Virus record (IMG/VR): IMGVR_UViG_3300011338_000865
Location: 1 to 34,890 of that record
DNA length: 34,890 nucleotides
Source: a virus
Lineage: Duplodnaviria > Caudoviricetes
Direction: 5' to 3' (one strand)
Part shown: piece by piece, positions 17,272 to 27,542 of the stretch
How the letters are laid out: each line of letters opens with the position of its first letter
How positions within the stretch are numbered: position 1 is the stretch's first letter
Position numbers and translations under genes: made by a program
The notes under the pieces: model-generated
Databases searched by the model: none
What the model was told of the DNA's origin: nothing
Seen by the model: the letters and a program-made list of their open reading frames with translations, nothing else

Positions 17272-17892
17272 ATGAAAATTACACTATTACCAGAACAAGA
17301 AAATTTTCTCTTTGAATTCGATGGCGTAGAGCAAGAAGTACGCTTCAGTGATGTGCTTGGTTCTGATGCTTGGAAAGAAAGTAAAATGGTCCAGGTAATC
17401 CATAAGGCAGTGAATGAGCACGGACAACATGCAATAACCACACTCAATCGTAATGTCTTTTTAGAAACCATGAAGGAAGGTGATGAAGAATACCAGCGTT
17501 CAAGAGGCGCTTGGGATCTCAGTACCACCATCCACAAACTCTATGCTCTCCTCGATGGAAAAGCTTTAGAAGAAGCTGAGTTAGAGATTGAACACATTTC
17601 AGCTCAACATACTGCAATGGCTAAGGCTAATAGAGATTTCAATAATGAGCAGGTAGAAAAGATTGTATCCCTTGAACAGGCACTAGCAGAAGCCAAAACA
17701 GAAGCAGAGGTAGAGAAAATCAATAAGAAGATTGAGAAGCTCAAAGCTAACAGAAAGCTCTACAGCATTCCAAAAGAACTCAAGAAGATGTACTTCGCTG
17801 CACGTGATGAATCTAAACCTGAAATAACATTCGCTAATGTCACGCCTGAGGCTGTTAAACAAGCTTATGGTGATGACCTAACTATTGCTTAA
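17272..17892 (+). CDS. hypothetical protein (acidic, coiled-coil)
   Basis: ATG 17272 after the fibre stop. Confidence 0.7.
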   Translation: MKITLLPEQENFLFEFDGVEQEVRFSDVLGSDAWKESKMVQVIHKAVNEHGQHAITTLNRNVFLETMKEGDEEYQRSRGAWDLSTTIHKLYALLDGKALEEAELEIEHISAQHTAMAKANRDFNNEQVEKIVSLEQALAEAKTEAEVEKINKKIEKLKANRKLYSIPKELKKMYFAARDESKPEITFANVTPEAVKQAYGDDLTIA

Positions 17893-17902
17893 CCTAATTT
17901 AT

Positions 17903-18175
17903 ATGATGAAACGACCAAGCCCACTCCGTAATGTGATGGCAAAAGGAACCAGTGTTACTCCCAATAAATATGATTCAAAAGAGTTTAGAGGAACTCTTAT
18001 TGAAGGACGTAACGGCAACTGGCATACACCAGAAGGCGATGCCTTTGTTGATGGAACATTAGACCCAAAGACAGGAAAGAAAATGCAGTCAACAGTTATA
18101 AAGATGAGTCCACAAACTCGCGGCTTCACCAAAGCAGCTGATATGTACAGCAGATTCTTACCAAGAAAAAAGTAA
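17903..18175 (+). CDS. small basic hypothetical protein
   Basis: In-frame ATG after the previous stop. Confidence 0.6.
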   Translation: MMKRPSPLRNVMAKGTSVTPNKYDSKEFRGTLIEGRNGNWHTPEGDAFVDGTLDPKTGKKMQSTVIKMSPQTRGFTKAADMYSRFLPRKK

Positions 18176-18189
18176 CTTAGCGATTCACC

Positions 18190-19587
18190 ATGGCAAGACC
18201 ATACAAGACACGACAACCTCAGCCCCTAGCAAATCTTACTGATCCTAGTACTGGTCTTCCACGTGACCCAAACTTTGTTCAGACGTGGGACAATAATCAA
18301 CAAGAACAAGGATATAAAGATCCAATTGACTACAGTAAGGATTCTTACAACGAGCCAGCACCTCAGCAACAACAGAGCATTACGAGCGGGTATAACTTAC
18401 CAGCTCCAGATCCTGCACGTCCTGAGGCTTCACCAGCTCGAAGAACATATCAGTCATTTAATGATTATCGTGATCAGTTCTCTGATCTAGCACCATCTAC
18501 TAGCGACTTTGATCCTAATCCTTACAAGACTGCATACGATTCTCAGGTAGCAGCAGCTAACCAAGGAAGAGATGTAGGACTTAATCAGGCTTCACTTGAT
18601 AGACAGGCAGCATTAGATGTAGCTCAGAAGTCTGCTGATAAACAAGTCAAACAAATTCAAGATAGTTATGATCCTAACTTACAAGTACTCAAGCAGTCAC
18701 TCAGTGACCGTGGTATTTTAGATAGCTCTGCAGCTGGAGAGAAGTTAATTAAACTTCTTTCTGACAACCAGAACCAAGTTAAAGAGGTGAATGATAACCT
18801 TACTGCGCGACAAAAAGAGATTGAGTCAACATACGGACAACGCACAGCAGCAGTACAACAACAAACAGCGCAGGCTTTAGCTGATCAACAAACATTACTT
18901 GCACAGCGACTTGATGCTTTATCTAAAGATAGAAGAATAGCTGAAGAAAACAAGAAACAATTTGAGTATCAGATTTATCAAGATTATCAAAAAGAAGTTC
19001 AAAGCATAAATGAACAAGACAGACAGGCACGTTTAGATGAATACAAGATGAAGCAAGACGCGCTTGATTATGAGCTACAAACAGCTAATGCAACTGGAAT
19101 GTTCCAGGGTGCTCCTACCTTGCAAGCTAAACAAATGGATTTTGAGAATCAATTAGCTCAAGCAAAGTTTGATGCAGATCAAATAGCAGCTTCAAAGAAA
19201 GGCGGTGGAGGAGGAAGTGGAGGAGCTGGATTAGGATCTGATACAGATGCTATGCAATCTGGTATTGCTCAGATCATGTCACTTATTGATCTCGGCTACT
19301 CACCTGAAGATGCCTATGCACGTGTTGAAAGAAACTACAATGCAGCAGGCAAGAGAGCACTGAATGACGCATTTATTCAGGCGACTACTGTCCCTGTAGA
19401 TAACAGACCACCAGCACAAAAGTTCCTAGAAGACATGTTAATTGGTGGCCTAATGCCAGGGCTTAAGAAAATGCCTAAACCATTAATTCAACTAGATCCA
19501 TCCAAGAGAAAAACCCCACAAGCAAAAACGAGTGATGAGGATGGGCTTGATGCACTTATTAAAGCTTCAGCTCAAAAGTACGTCTAA
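18190..19587 (+). CDS. putative DNA ejection/internal virion protein
   Basis: Q/A/D-rich long coiled-coil with Gly linker; podophage synteny. Confidence 0.65.
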   Translation: MARPYKTRQPQPLANLTDPSTGLPRDPNFVQTWDNNQQEQGYKDPIDYSKDSYNEPAPQQQQSITSGYNLPAPDPARPEASPARRTYQSFNDYRDQFSDLAPSTSDFDPNPYKTAYDSQVAAANQGRDVGLNQASLDRQAALDVAQKSADKQVKQIQDSYDPNLQVLKQSLSDRGILDSSAAGEKLIKLLSDNQNQVKEVNDNLTARQKEIESTYGQRTAAVQQQTAQALADQQTLLAQRLDALSKDRRIAEENKKQFEYQIYQDYQKEVQSINEQDRQARLDEYKMKQDALDYELQTANATGMFQGAPTLQAKQMDFENQLAQAKFDADQIAASKKGGGGGSGGAGLGSDTDAMQSGIAQIMSLIDLGYSPEDAYARVERNYNAAGKRALNDAFIQATTVPVDNRPPAQKFLEDMLIGGLMPGLKKMPKPLIQLDPSKRKTPQAKTSDEDGLDALIKASAQKYV

Positions 19588-19599
19588 CAATACCTACTG

Positions 19600-22500
19600 A
19601 TGGCATCAATATTTGAAATACTTTTCGGTAAAAAAGACAAGGCTACTGCAAATCCATATATTCAGCCATCATTTAAAAGTGCAACTCCTGAACAAATACT
19701 TTCTCCTAGTGCGTTAAAGAAGTACCAACAAGGAACAAATACTTCAACAAAAGGAACACCAGAGCAGTTACGTAGAGAAAGAGATGCGTCATTTGCACGT
19801 GATGAAACAGCATTCATTAAGAATGTGAAACCACTTATTAAGGAAGGTGCAGACACTGCCTACGGATTCTTTCAAGCACAAGAGGAATTAGCTAAGCCAG
19901 TTAAAAGAAATCAAGGTGAATCAAACCTCGACTATGCTGCTCGTTCAACTGGTACTAAGTTTGCACCTGGTATCTTTAGTCAGGGATATAAAGCGGCAGA
20001 ATTTGCTGTCCCAGCACTCAGAGCAGGCACTGTCACTCCAACCATTATAGGGAAAGCAACAAACGCGCTATTACCAGAATCAGTATCTAGTAAAGTAACA
20101 CCACTCTTTCAGGCGTACTCAGTGCTCAGATCTCCAAACAAGTGGGCAGCACTCGGAAACATTGGTATCGACTATGGAACTGACTTCACTTCTAAGCTTT
20201 TTACTGGAAAGACGCTCAACGAAAATATCGATCAGAGCACACTACCTGATTGGGGTAAAGGGTTTGCAAAGACAGGATACAATATAGTATCAGGTTTAGC
20301 TGGAGCAAAAGCTGGTACGAAAGTAGGCAAGTATGTTAGCGACGTAACCAAGGCTGGCAAGGCTGCTTTACCAAGTATCGCCGAAGGACGTCGTGTTTAC
20401 AATGAAACAGGTTCTTTCGACAAAGCACTTGATGCTATTACATACAAAAACTTAGAGCTTGAGAAGGGTCTCAAGAATGCTATTACTGGCGAAGCAGAAG
20501 TAAAGGGGTATACGAATATTCCTAAACCAATAGATCCATCTACAGTACCAGTGCCACCAAAAGTGGTAGATCAGAAGTTCCGTGGAGATAAACTAAACCT
20601 AGAACCAGAGCAGTTGAAACAAATTGAAGATAGGCTTAGTGGACTTGGACTCACAACAAGAACTGTTCGTTCATTTGATGAAATGAAGGCAATGGCTGAC
20701 GAGCTCGGTACAGACTCAAGAGCGTTACTCTCTGGAAACGGCAAACTAACAGACGCTAAAGTTATTGCATTAAAGAACCTGATTAATCAGAACGCAGATT
20801 TTATTGCAAAGAACAGTGGGTTGAAATTTAAGACTGAACAAGAGAACGCTATCCATCAACAAAAGCTACGAGCAGCCGACGCTCAAACAAACGAGGCGCT
20901 GTCTCAACTTATCGGTGGGGGTACAGAGCTTGGGCGTGGTATTGCTGCGTTTAGAGTGCTGGCTAATAAAAATATGGAGCCATCATTCTGGTACAAGAAA
21001 GGACAACAAACACGAGGAAACGCACTCACACCAGAACAAAAAGCTAACATTGATGGACTTATCAAAGACAATGACCGAGTTGGTCTGTCTATGTATGTAG
21101 CGTCTTTACGCGATCCATCATTATCAGAAAAGTTTAGCACACTTTGGAAGGCGGGACTCCTTACTAACGTAACTACACATGTAGCCAACGTAGCTGGTAA
21201 TGCAAGTATGGCTGGTCTTCGTGGATTATCTAACCTAGTAGGTACTGGTCTCGACAAAATAATATCACTTGGCACAGGGAAGAGAACCATGACAGTATCG
21301 CCAGGCGCAGCAGTTAAAGGCTTAGGTACTGGCGCTAAGAAAGGTTGGGCTGTATTAAAAACAGGAGTAAATCCAGATGACTTTGAAGGTAAGCTAGATA
21401 TTAGAGGAAACATCAACTTTGGTGACAGTATTCTAGGCAAAGTAGCCAATGGCTATACAAGAGCTGTGTTTGGTTCGCTCCAAGCAGAAGATGCATTGTT
21501 CCGTGGCATGCATGAAAGTGCGTCACTTGCTAACCAGGCTAAGCTTATTGCTATTAATGAGGGTCTCAAGGGACAAGCACGACAGTCACGCATTGCAGAG
21601 CTTATGGAAAATCCAACAGATGCAATGAAACAAACAGCATTACAAGAAGCAAAGATTGCTACGTTTAATAACGACAATATTGTAGCTAGTAAAGTTGGGC
21701 AGTTAAAGGCAGGTAGAAACAAAGATGATTCTTTTGGAAGCAAGGCGCTTTCTACAGTCGTTGATGTGACTATGCCATTCGTAAAGACACCAACAAACGT
21801 AGTTGCTCGTATTGCAGAGTACACTCCACTGGGACTTCTCAAACTAGCAGCTGGCCAAATCAACAAAAACACACGTGGCCAGAAACGTTTAGTAGAAGAC
21901 CTTAGTAAGGTGGTTACTGGTGGTGCAGTATTAGCACTTGGATCAGCTCTTGCTGACCAGGGTCTGTTGACTGGTTCTATGCCAGCAACTCCAGCAGAGC
22001 GTGCGCAGTGGGAAGCTGAAGGGAAACAGCCAAACTCAGTTTACATTAATGGCAGGTGGTATCAGATCAATAAACTAGCACCAATTGGTTTTCTTTTTGC
22101 TTTAGCAGCTGATAACGCTACTAGTGGTAGTATTGCAGAAACTGGACTTAAGGGAATCAAGAATCTCACAGACCAAACATTTCTTACAGGACTCAGTGGA
22201 GGTATCAAAGCAGTGACTGATCCAGAGCAGAATGCAGCAAACTATGCCAAACAAACTATCTCTTCAGTGATTCCATCAGGACTCGGTGCAATTGCACGTG
22301 TCATTGATCCTACTGTTCGCACCACTGGTGGGATTGGTGAAGCAATACAGGCAAAGATTCCAGGTTTCTCATCAAGCCTTGCTCCACGCCTAGATGTATT
22401 TGGACAAGAGGTAAAGAACGAAGGTGGCGTACTTGGACTATTAGATCCAACGAGAAGCAAAGCTGACAAGTCTAATGACCCTGTATTGCGTGAATTTGCC

Positions 22501-22881
22501 AAGCTTGGTGTAAACGTTGGCCTGCCTAGTAATCGCATGTTTAATACGACATTAGATACATATGAATTCGCAGAGTTTCAAAAAGTAAATGGTCGCGTTC
22601 TCAAGGACGTGTTAGATACTTTAGTGGTATCTCCACTCTTCCAAAATGCGAGCACAGCAAAGAAACAAGAGTTGCTTGAAAAGACTGTGACTAAGGTTCG
22701 TGCACAAACAAAGGCTGCTGTATTCCCTAGAATTTTACAGAAACGGCTTGGTTTGCCTGAGGTTCAAAATCCCGAGTTACTAAATGAGATTGCTAACAAG
22801 CTCTACAAGAACGAAGCATTCAATGCTATGAGCAAAGAAAAGCAACGACAATTTGTTCTCGATATAGTGCAGCAACTTTAA
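19600..22881 (+). CDS. large DNA ejection/internal virion protein
   Basis: 1093 aa, helical A/G/K-rich; PFVKTPTN and INGRWYQINKLAP segments; last gene before the lysis cassette. Confidence 0.7.
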   Translation: MASIFEILFGKKDKATANPYIQPSFKSATPEQILSPSALKKYQQGTNTSTKGTPEQLRRERDASFARDETAFIKNVKPLIKEGADTAYGFFQAQEELAKPVKRNQGESNLDYAARSTGTKFAPGIFSQGYKAAEFAVPALRAGTVTPTIIGKATNALLPESVSSKVTPLFQAYSVLRSPNKWAALGNIGIDYGTDFTSKLFTGKTLNENIDQSTLPDWGKGFAKTGYNIVSGLAGAKAGTKVGKYVSDVTKAGKAALPSIAEGRRVYNETGSFDKALDAITYKNLELEKGLKNAITGEAEVKGYTNIPKPIDPSTVPVPPKVVDQKFRGDKLNLEPEQLKQIEDRLSGLGLTTRTVRSFDEMKAMADELGTDSRALLSGNGKLTDAKVIALKNLINQNADFIAKNSGLKFKTEQENAIHQQKLRAADAQTNEALSQLIGGGTELGRGIAAFRVLANKNMEPSFWYKKGQQTRGNALTPEQKANIDGLIKDNDRVGLSMYVASLRDPSLSEKFSTLWKAGLLTNVTTHVANVAGNASMAGLRGLSNLVGTGLDKIISLGTGKRTMTVSPGAAVKGLGTGAKKGWAVLKTGVNPDDFEGKLDIRGNINFGDSILGKVANGYTRAVFGSLQAEDALFRGMHESASLANQAKLIAINEGLKGQARQSRIAELMENPTDAMKQTALQEAKIATFNNDNIVASKVGQLKAGRNKDDSFGSKALSTVVDVTMPFVKTPTNVVARIAEYTPLGLLKLAAGQINKNTRGQKRLVEDLSKVVTGGAVLALGSALADQGLLTGSMPATPAERAQWEAEGKQPNSVYINGRWYQINKLAPIGFLFALAADNATSGSIAETGLKGIKNLTDQTFLTGLSGGIKAVTDPEQNAANYAKQTISSVIPSGLGAIARVIDPTVRTTGGIGEAIQAKIPGFSSSLAPRLDVFGQEVKNEGGVLGLLDPTRSKADKSNDPVLREFAKLGVNVGLPSNRMFNTTLDTYEFAEFQKVNGRVLKDVLDTLVVSPLFQNASTAKKQELLEKTVTKVRAQTKAAVFPRILQKRLGLPEVQNPELLNEIANKLYKNEAFNAMSKEKQRQFVLDIVQQL

Positions 22882-22891
22882 CTCTATCTCT

Positions 22892-23233
22892 ATGTCTGAA
22901 AAAAACTCCATAGAGACAAAGATCGGAATACAGGAACATGATATTGCAAGCATTAAAGATACTGTTGGCAAGATAGATATGAAGGTTGATGGTTTACAAC
23001 TATTTCTCAATAAACTTTATGAAGTTTTTGTGACGCACAAGGAACTTTCTGAATACAAAATTGTGGTTGAAAAAGAGATAAAAGATATGCGTGAGCAGAT
23101 CAAAGAACTCCAAAGGGACAACCGTAAGTTAGTTGTTCGATCAGCATTTATATCTGGTATTGGGTTCGTTGCAGTCATGTTCAAAGACATTATTGTAGAA
23201 ACTATTCTTAATACCCTTAAAGGAAAACTATGA
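22892..23233 (+). CDS. putative holin-like protein (coiled-coil plus C-terminal TM)
   Basis: Coupled (ATGA) to the endolysin gene; C-terminal hydrophobic helix. Confidence 0.55.
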   Translation: MSEKNSIETKIGIQEHDIASIKDTVGKIDMKVDGLQLFLNKLYEVFVTHKELSEYKIVVEKEIKDMREQIKELQRDNRKLVVRSAFISGIGFVAVMFKDIIVETILNTLKGKL

Positions 23234-23871
23234 CACATTTTATTTGGCCACTCCCAACTCACATTCTGACACAAGAGTTCGGAGCAAACCCACAAGTTTA
23301 CAAAGCATTTGGACTAGCTGGTCACAATGGCATCGACTTTAGAGCAAAGGTCGGTACCCCAGTAACAGCAGTAGCAGATGGCAAGATTCAAGGAACATAC
23401 AGTGACCCAGGTGGCTATGGCATGTATGTACGCATGGTAACCAATGATGGTTATGAACTAACATACGGTCACTTTTCTAAGTTTGATCCGAAGCTTTATG
23501 CAGGTTTACAAGTTAAGGCTGGTGATCTGTTAGGACTTTCAGGTAATACAGGATTTTCTACTGGCCCACACTTGCACTTTGGTGTTAGGCAACTAGATAA
23601 GAAAGGGAATGTTCTTAATTACAGTAACGGCTACAAAGGTGCAATTAATCCTTTACCATTTTTTATGGAACCAATCACGCCCCCACAACAAACATTTACG
23701 CCAGAACAAATTGATGCTTTGAAGTGGCATACAGCTAAAAAGTTTAGTAGCATAACTGAGCCTTCAGTCCTCCGTGAGCCAATCCTACGCATTGACTTCA
23801 TTACCTCAATGTACAGATACCACATAGATTTGAAAGCTCAACTAGCTAAACAAAATATAACCATTGAATAA
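23230..23871 (+). CDS. endolysin, M23 family metallopeptidase
   Basis: HNGID (HxxxD), GGYG, YGH, SGNTGFSTGPHLHF (HxH). Confidence 0.93.
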   Translation: MTHFIWPLPTHILTQEFGANPQVYKAFGLAGHNGIDFRAKVGTPVTAVADGKIQGTYSDPGGYGMYVRMVTNDGYELTYGHFSKFDPKLYAGLQVKAGDLLGLSGNTGFSTGPHLHFGVRQLDKKGNVLNYSNGYKGAINPLPFFMEPITPPQQTFTPEQIDALKWHTAKKFSSITEPSVLREPILRIDFITSMYRYHIDLKAQLAKQNITIE

Positions 23872-23872
23872 T

Positions 23873-24184
23873 ATGTCACTCATGTTGCCCCCACGTGTCG
23901 AGTCAGCGTTTGCTCCAAGAAAGCCAATTGTGAATGAGCCATTAGCTCCACGCTCAGAGACACTTACAATTGGTCAGGTAGATGAATATCAGGATGCTAT
24001 TAGCAAGGTTCGTACCATGATCACTATGGCTATTGGGACGCTCAAAGAGCTGAGTGCGCAGGCAAAGGAGAAATATAATGCTCCTGGCATGCGCTACCTC
24101 ATTGGTGAGATTCTTTCATGTCTTGGCAGTGCTAAAAAAGCAACGAGTATTAAACCCGCACAATTTAACTTTATTGAATTATGA
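23873..24184 (+). CDS. hypothetical protein
   Basis: ORF in the lysis cassette, ATGA-coupled to the next gene. Confidence 0.65.
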   Translation: MSLMLPPRVESAFAPRKPIVNEPLAPRSETLTIGQVDEYQDAISKVRTMITMAIGTLKELSAQAKEKYNAPGMRYLIGEILSCLGSAKKATSIKPAQFNFIEL

Positions 24185-24507
24185 TTGATCCAGTTTCTCT
24201 TCTCCCACCAGACCTATTAGCATTGTGCCTTTCCATGATCAGCATGCGAGTGATCAACACAGCTAAGGCATACCACACTTCACCTGAAAGGATTTATGCA
24301 CTCGTATCTTTCCTTGGTGGTTTCCTCTACGTCATTCTTACCACCTCTTGGGCTGGTAGTATTTGGGAGATGGGAATAACGCTGTTTTCAAAAATTGGAA
24401 CTGTTATGTTAGCGACGTCTGGCATATGGCATTGGACCAAGAAATTGCAAGTAGCGCAAGACCAGAAGGCTGCTGATATTAGTTCCAGCTCAGATACTTT
24501 GTTATAG
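24181..24507 (+). CDS. putative holin (about 3 TM helices)
   Basis: Three hydrophobic segments; end of the lysis cassette. Confidence 0.6.
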   Translation: MIDPVSLLPPDLLALCLSMISMRVINTAKAYHTSPERIYALVSFLGGFLYVILTTSWAGSIWEMGITLFSKIGTVMLATSGIWHWTKKLQVAQDQKAADISSSSDTLL

Positions 24508-24572
24508 TTGTCTTGCCGAATATTTTTGTACTTTATTCAGGCATTCCATAGTAGGAACTTATTAGTAATCCA

Positions 24573-24616
24573 CACAAAAAAGCTCCTCATCTAGTAATAG
24601 ATAGGGGCTCTTTGTG
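24573..24616. terminator. probable bidirectional terminator
   Basis: CACAAAAAAGCTCCTCATCTA-GTAA-TAGATAGGGGCTCTTTGTG hairpin between convergent genes. Confidence 0.75.
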
Positions 24617-24627
24617 CATCTAAGAAG

Positions 24628-25164
24628 CTAAGCTCTTGATGTAAGGTACCATTCAAGGAACATGAGCGCATCGGCTTCATCGTCAGTTTCTGCATACGTA
24701 CCATACCGCATCATCACCATTTGCTTACGAAGCATTCTTCTTTCATATGCACTCTTAAAATTGTTTTTCTGTGTTGGACCAACAACTACTTTCCTTACAT
24801 GATTATCTAATACCTCTAGCACAGTTGTATTCCCATGCTCCTCTGCTAACTGTTCAATAACCCCAATCATTTTCCAGTGACGCCTCATAACCTTAAATGC
24901 AAATGTAGGTTGAGGAACAATGATAACTAACTCGTCATGCTTGGTGTCTGGTGCTAAAACATACATCCTCTCTCTAATATGTTCTTTCAATGTGGTAAGG
25001 TAGGTATTCACTGGTAACTCAAAATGACCAACACTTGCTTTCTTTACCATCTTGTCTCTATTCCAAACAACGTCTGTATGTATATTGAATGTCCCTTGTG
25101 CTATGCCAACCTGTGTTCCTAAATCAATTGCTAGTATTCCAACATTTACTTCTTTTAATTTCAT
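24628..25164 (-). CDS. RuvC-like Holliday junction resolvase
   Basis: ILAIDLG strand-1 Asp; VRKVVVG; C-terminal DDEADAL. Confidence 0.75.
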   Translation of the reverse strand: MKLKEVNVGILAIDLGTQVGIAQGTFNIHTDVVWNRDKMVKKASVGHFELPVNTYLTTLKEHIRERMYVLAPDTKHDELVIIVPQPTFAFKVMRRHWKMIGVIEQLAEEHGNTTVLEVLDNHVRKVVVGPTQKNNFKSAYERRMLRKQMVMMRYGTYAETDDEADALMFLEWYLTSRA

Positions 25165-25739
25165 GTGGTGGGGGTAATTGAAAGCTGCACTGTCGCTCAG
25201 TACTCTACCCAACTTCCCGTTGTTTTTCCAATCCTTTTCAGTAAAAAAAAAGAATCAAAAATTAACTAAATCTTCTCTATCCCAAACGGCAGTTAGGAAA
25301 TGAAGGCACAGTCTTTCTACCTAGTATGAGTAGGTTTTTTAAAATCTTAGAGGCTTCGCTTTGTTTTTGGCTTCTCTATCCCCTACGTATAGTTGAGGTT
25401 TTTAGAAGTACGTCTTGCCAAGGTATCTTCTCTTTCCCTTGACACTACCTGTAATCATCAGGTTACTACTAATGCTCAGGTTGCTAAATGGCTGAGAAGT
25501 ACAGGAACGGATGATCTTGTTATTCCTGTTACCGTGAGCATTCTTTTAAAGTCCGTGTAGTTTTATCAGTGAACCCGGACTACGTGGCTAACCACGATTA
25601 AGCGTAAATACTGGAGGCTTTGCGCCCTTTTTTTGGGTATACCAGCTTATCTTTATTGACCGACCCCTAAGATGTAAATGAACAGACAACGGTGGGGATA
25701 TCGGAAAGATTCCCTTTCCACCATATTTCACTTTCAACA
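25165..25739. other. long structured non-coding region with 3 direct repeats (candidate origin or ncRNA)
   Basis: No ORF of 60 aa or more; CTTCTCT(A/T)TCCC at 25272, 25371 and 25427; several hairpins; A-tract. Confidence 0.5.
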
Positions 25740-25991
25740 TTAATCCTGATTGGCCAAACGAAACAACCTCCTAAACCACAACATCAGTCTATTATGCTTG
25801 CCTGTTTGTAGATTTGACGGTTCGTATGTTGAGGTAGTTTGATTCTGTTTTTCCTGACGTTTTTTTTGGTAATACTGCTTGCAGTATATTTTATTGTACT
25901 CACGATTCTTGATGCGCCAGAGTCTAGATCGCTCTTTGATCTGTTCTCTATGTTTTAAATAGTACTCTCTGTGGTATTGCTTTGGTTTCAT
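25740..25991 (-). CDS. small basic helical protein
   Basis: REYYLKHREQIKERSRLWRIKNREY K/R/Y-rich pattern like the helical part of HNH-associated proteins; no nuclease motif. Confidence 0.6.
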   Translation of the reverse strand: MKPKQYHREYYLKHREQIKERSRLWRIKNREYNKIYCKQYYQKKRQEKQNQTTSTYEPSNLQTGKHNRLMLWFRRLFRLANQD

Positions 25992-26437
25992 GAACTTTGG
26001 GGGTTAGGTGTGTCTTCCTTCGACAGCTCTTTCGACAGCTCTTTAATGAGGCCATCATTTAATACTGCTATGAGGGAAGTATCCATTTGAGTAGAACACA
26101 CTTTATCTACCTTCTCTGTCAGCGCTGATTCGCTTCTCGCTAATCCATTCACAACACTACTGATATATTGGAAACGTTTCTCTATATTGATATTATATGA
26201 GCTTAATTGGTTCACTGTAGATAAGATGTGATCAAACTTGTACTCCAGTGTACTGTCTCTCCTCCGTTCTTTTTCTAGAGTTTCTACTCGCTCCTTTAAC
26301 TCGCGCCATGATTGGTAAAACGAGTAGATTATTGCGAAAAGAATGCATCCCAAACAAACAAATGCTGCGATGGTCTGTACTAAGACTATAGGATCAACTG
26401 ATCCTGCACTTTGTATGGCTTGTGTTGTTGTGTCCAT
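25988..26437 (-). CDS. membrane-anchored coiled-coil protein
   Basis: N-terminal TM (IAAFVCLGCILFAIIYSF), then coiled-coil; ATGA-coupled to the next gene. Confidence 0.7.
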   Translation of the reverse strand: MDTTTQAIQSAGSVDPIVLVQTIAAFVCLGCILFAIIYSFYQSWRELKERVETLEKERRRDSTLEYKFDHILSTVNQLSSYNINIEKRFQYISSVVNGLARSESALTEKVDKVCSTQMDTSLIAVLNDGLIKELSKELSKEDTPNPQSS

Positions 26438-26508
26438 GAATGGTAATTATCACTCATCTTGTATCATAAACAAGATACGATGTTTAGTGGCTACCCACCT
26501 TTATTCAC

Positions 26509-26537
26509 TTGCCATATTTTCTCAAGCGTGTTATCTT
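26509..26537 (+). promoter_or_regulatory. sigma70-type early promoter
   Basis: TTGCCA-17-TATCTT with GCGTG extended -10. Confidence 0.7.
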
Positions 26538-26560
26538 CTCAGAGTCATTAACTATACACC

Positions 26561-27214
26561 ATGACAAACTACAATAATTCTAATCAGCTTTACTTTCCTA
26601 GGGAACCGGGGACAACCAAAGAGGTTTATTTTGTTGACTGCAATCTTTACACTGAAGAGAATAAAATTTCCCAAAAAGGTAGGGCTTACACACATTTTAC
26701 TTACAAGGTTCAGCTGCTTGGTTCTGATCAGCTTTATGATCTTTCAGTTTTTGGAAACCTTCATGAAAAAATCCAGATAACTAGACCAGGGCCACAAGAC
26801 AAGTGCACACTTTTTAAATTACAAACAGCAAGAGGTTTTGCTGATTCTATTCAGTTTCCAGCAATTACCCATGCTCACCGTGTTCAACATGAACAAACAC
26901 AGAGTGTACCAGCTCCCAAATTCGAGGGAGTACTATCGCCCAAAGAACAACAGGGCGCTGTTATAGGCGTATCTTGGGCAATCGGGATACTCCACCCATC
27001 TTTGACTCCAGCGATGGCTACACTCTCAAGTAGCACTGCTGCAGAGCAAGACAAGATAGATGCACGGAACCTTATTGGTACTCGTGTGCAACTGTTGCTC
27101 CAAATTAGAGATCAGGAAGCACAGGCATATATAAAGTCACAGCTCGATAGAGAGGCTCCAGCTCCATTTGAAGAGCCGAAGTCAGGCATTAACTTAAACG
27201 ACATCCCATTTTAA
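26561..27214 (+). CDS. putative single-stranded DNA-binding protein
   Basis: OB-fold-like N-terminus and acidic C-terminal tail ending NDIPF. Confidence 0.55.
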   Translation: MTNYNNSNQLYFPREPGTTKEVYFVDCNLYTEENKISQKGRAYTHFTYKVQLLGSDQLYDLSVFGNLHEKIQITRPGPQDKCTLFKLQTARGFADSIQFPAITHAHRVQHEQTQSVPAPKFEGVLSPKEQQGAVIGVSWAIGILHPSLTPAMATLSSSTAAEQDKIDARNLIGTRVQLLLQIRDQEAQAYIKSQLDREAPAPFEEPKSGINLNDIPF

Positions 27215-27224
27215 CCCACCATGT

Positions 27225-27542
27225 ATGCAGTTTTCTCCACTTCAACTGCTTCTTATTCAGAAAAAAGTAAAAGAGCTTGGCTATAAAGATGCCTCTGAAA
27301 AGTCAGGTCTAGCGTTGAGTCTTATTTTCTACATTGTAAGCAACAAAGATCGTTGCTATGCAGAAGATACTATCAACAAAATTGCTCTGCTTTTAGACAT
27401 GAAGCCATACTTTTTTCGGTACTTAGAAGAGTTCGACGCCAAAGCATTTTCTCGTAACCCCCAACAAGAAATGGCGAAACTTGTTGACACCTTTGAAAAA
27501 TCTTACCAGCTTGTTTATGAAGCAATTAAACCCACCGCATGA
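27225..27542 (+). CDS. Cro/XRE-like HTH protein
   Basis: GYKDASEKSGLALSLIFYIV...EDTINKIALLL. Confidence 0.6.
   Translation: MQFSPLQLLLIQKKVKELGYKDASEKSGLALSLIFYIVSNKDRCYAEDTINKIALLLDMKPYFFRYLEEFDAKAFSRNPQQEMAKLVDTFEKSYQLVYEAIKPTA

Noticed and set aside
20904-22538. Long antisense ORFs opposite the ejection protein, and similar shadow ORFs elsewhere
   Set aside because: Explained by codon bias of the sense gene; no motifs or independent signals.
25420-25461. Hammerhead ribozyme (minus-strand CTGATGA...GAAA)
   Set aside because: The intervening bases do not form stem II, and no stem I/III cleavage context was found.
25439-25470. Antisense promoter from a perfect TTGACA
   Set aside because: No convincing -10 at 16-18 nt spacing.
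26019-26042. 12-bp tandem duplication TTCGACAGCTCT
   Set aside because: An in-frame slippage duplication (KELS x2) in a low-complexity tail; unremarkable.
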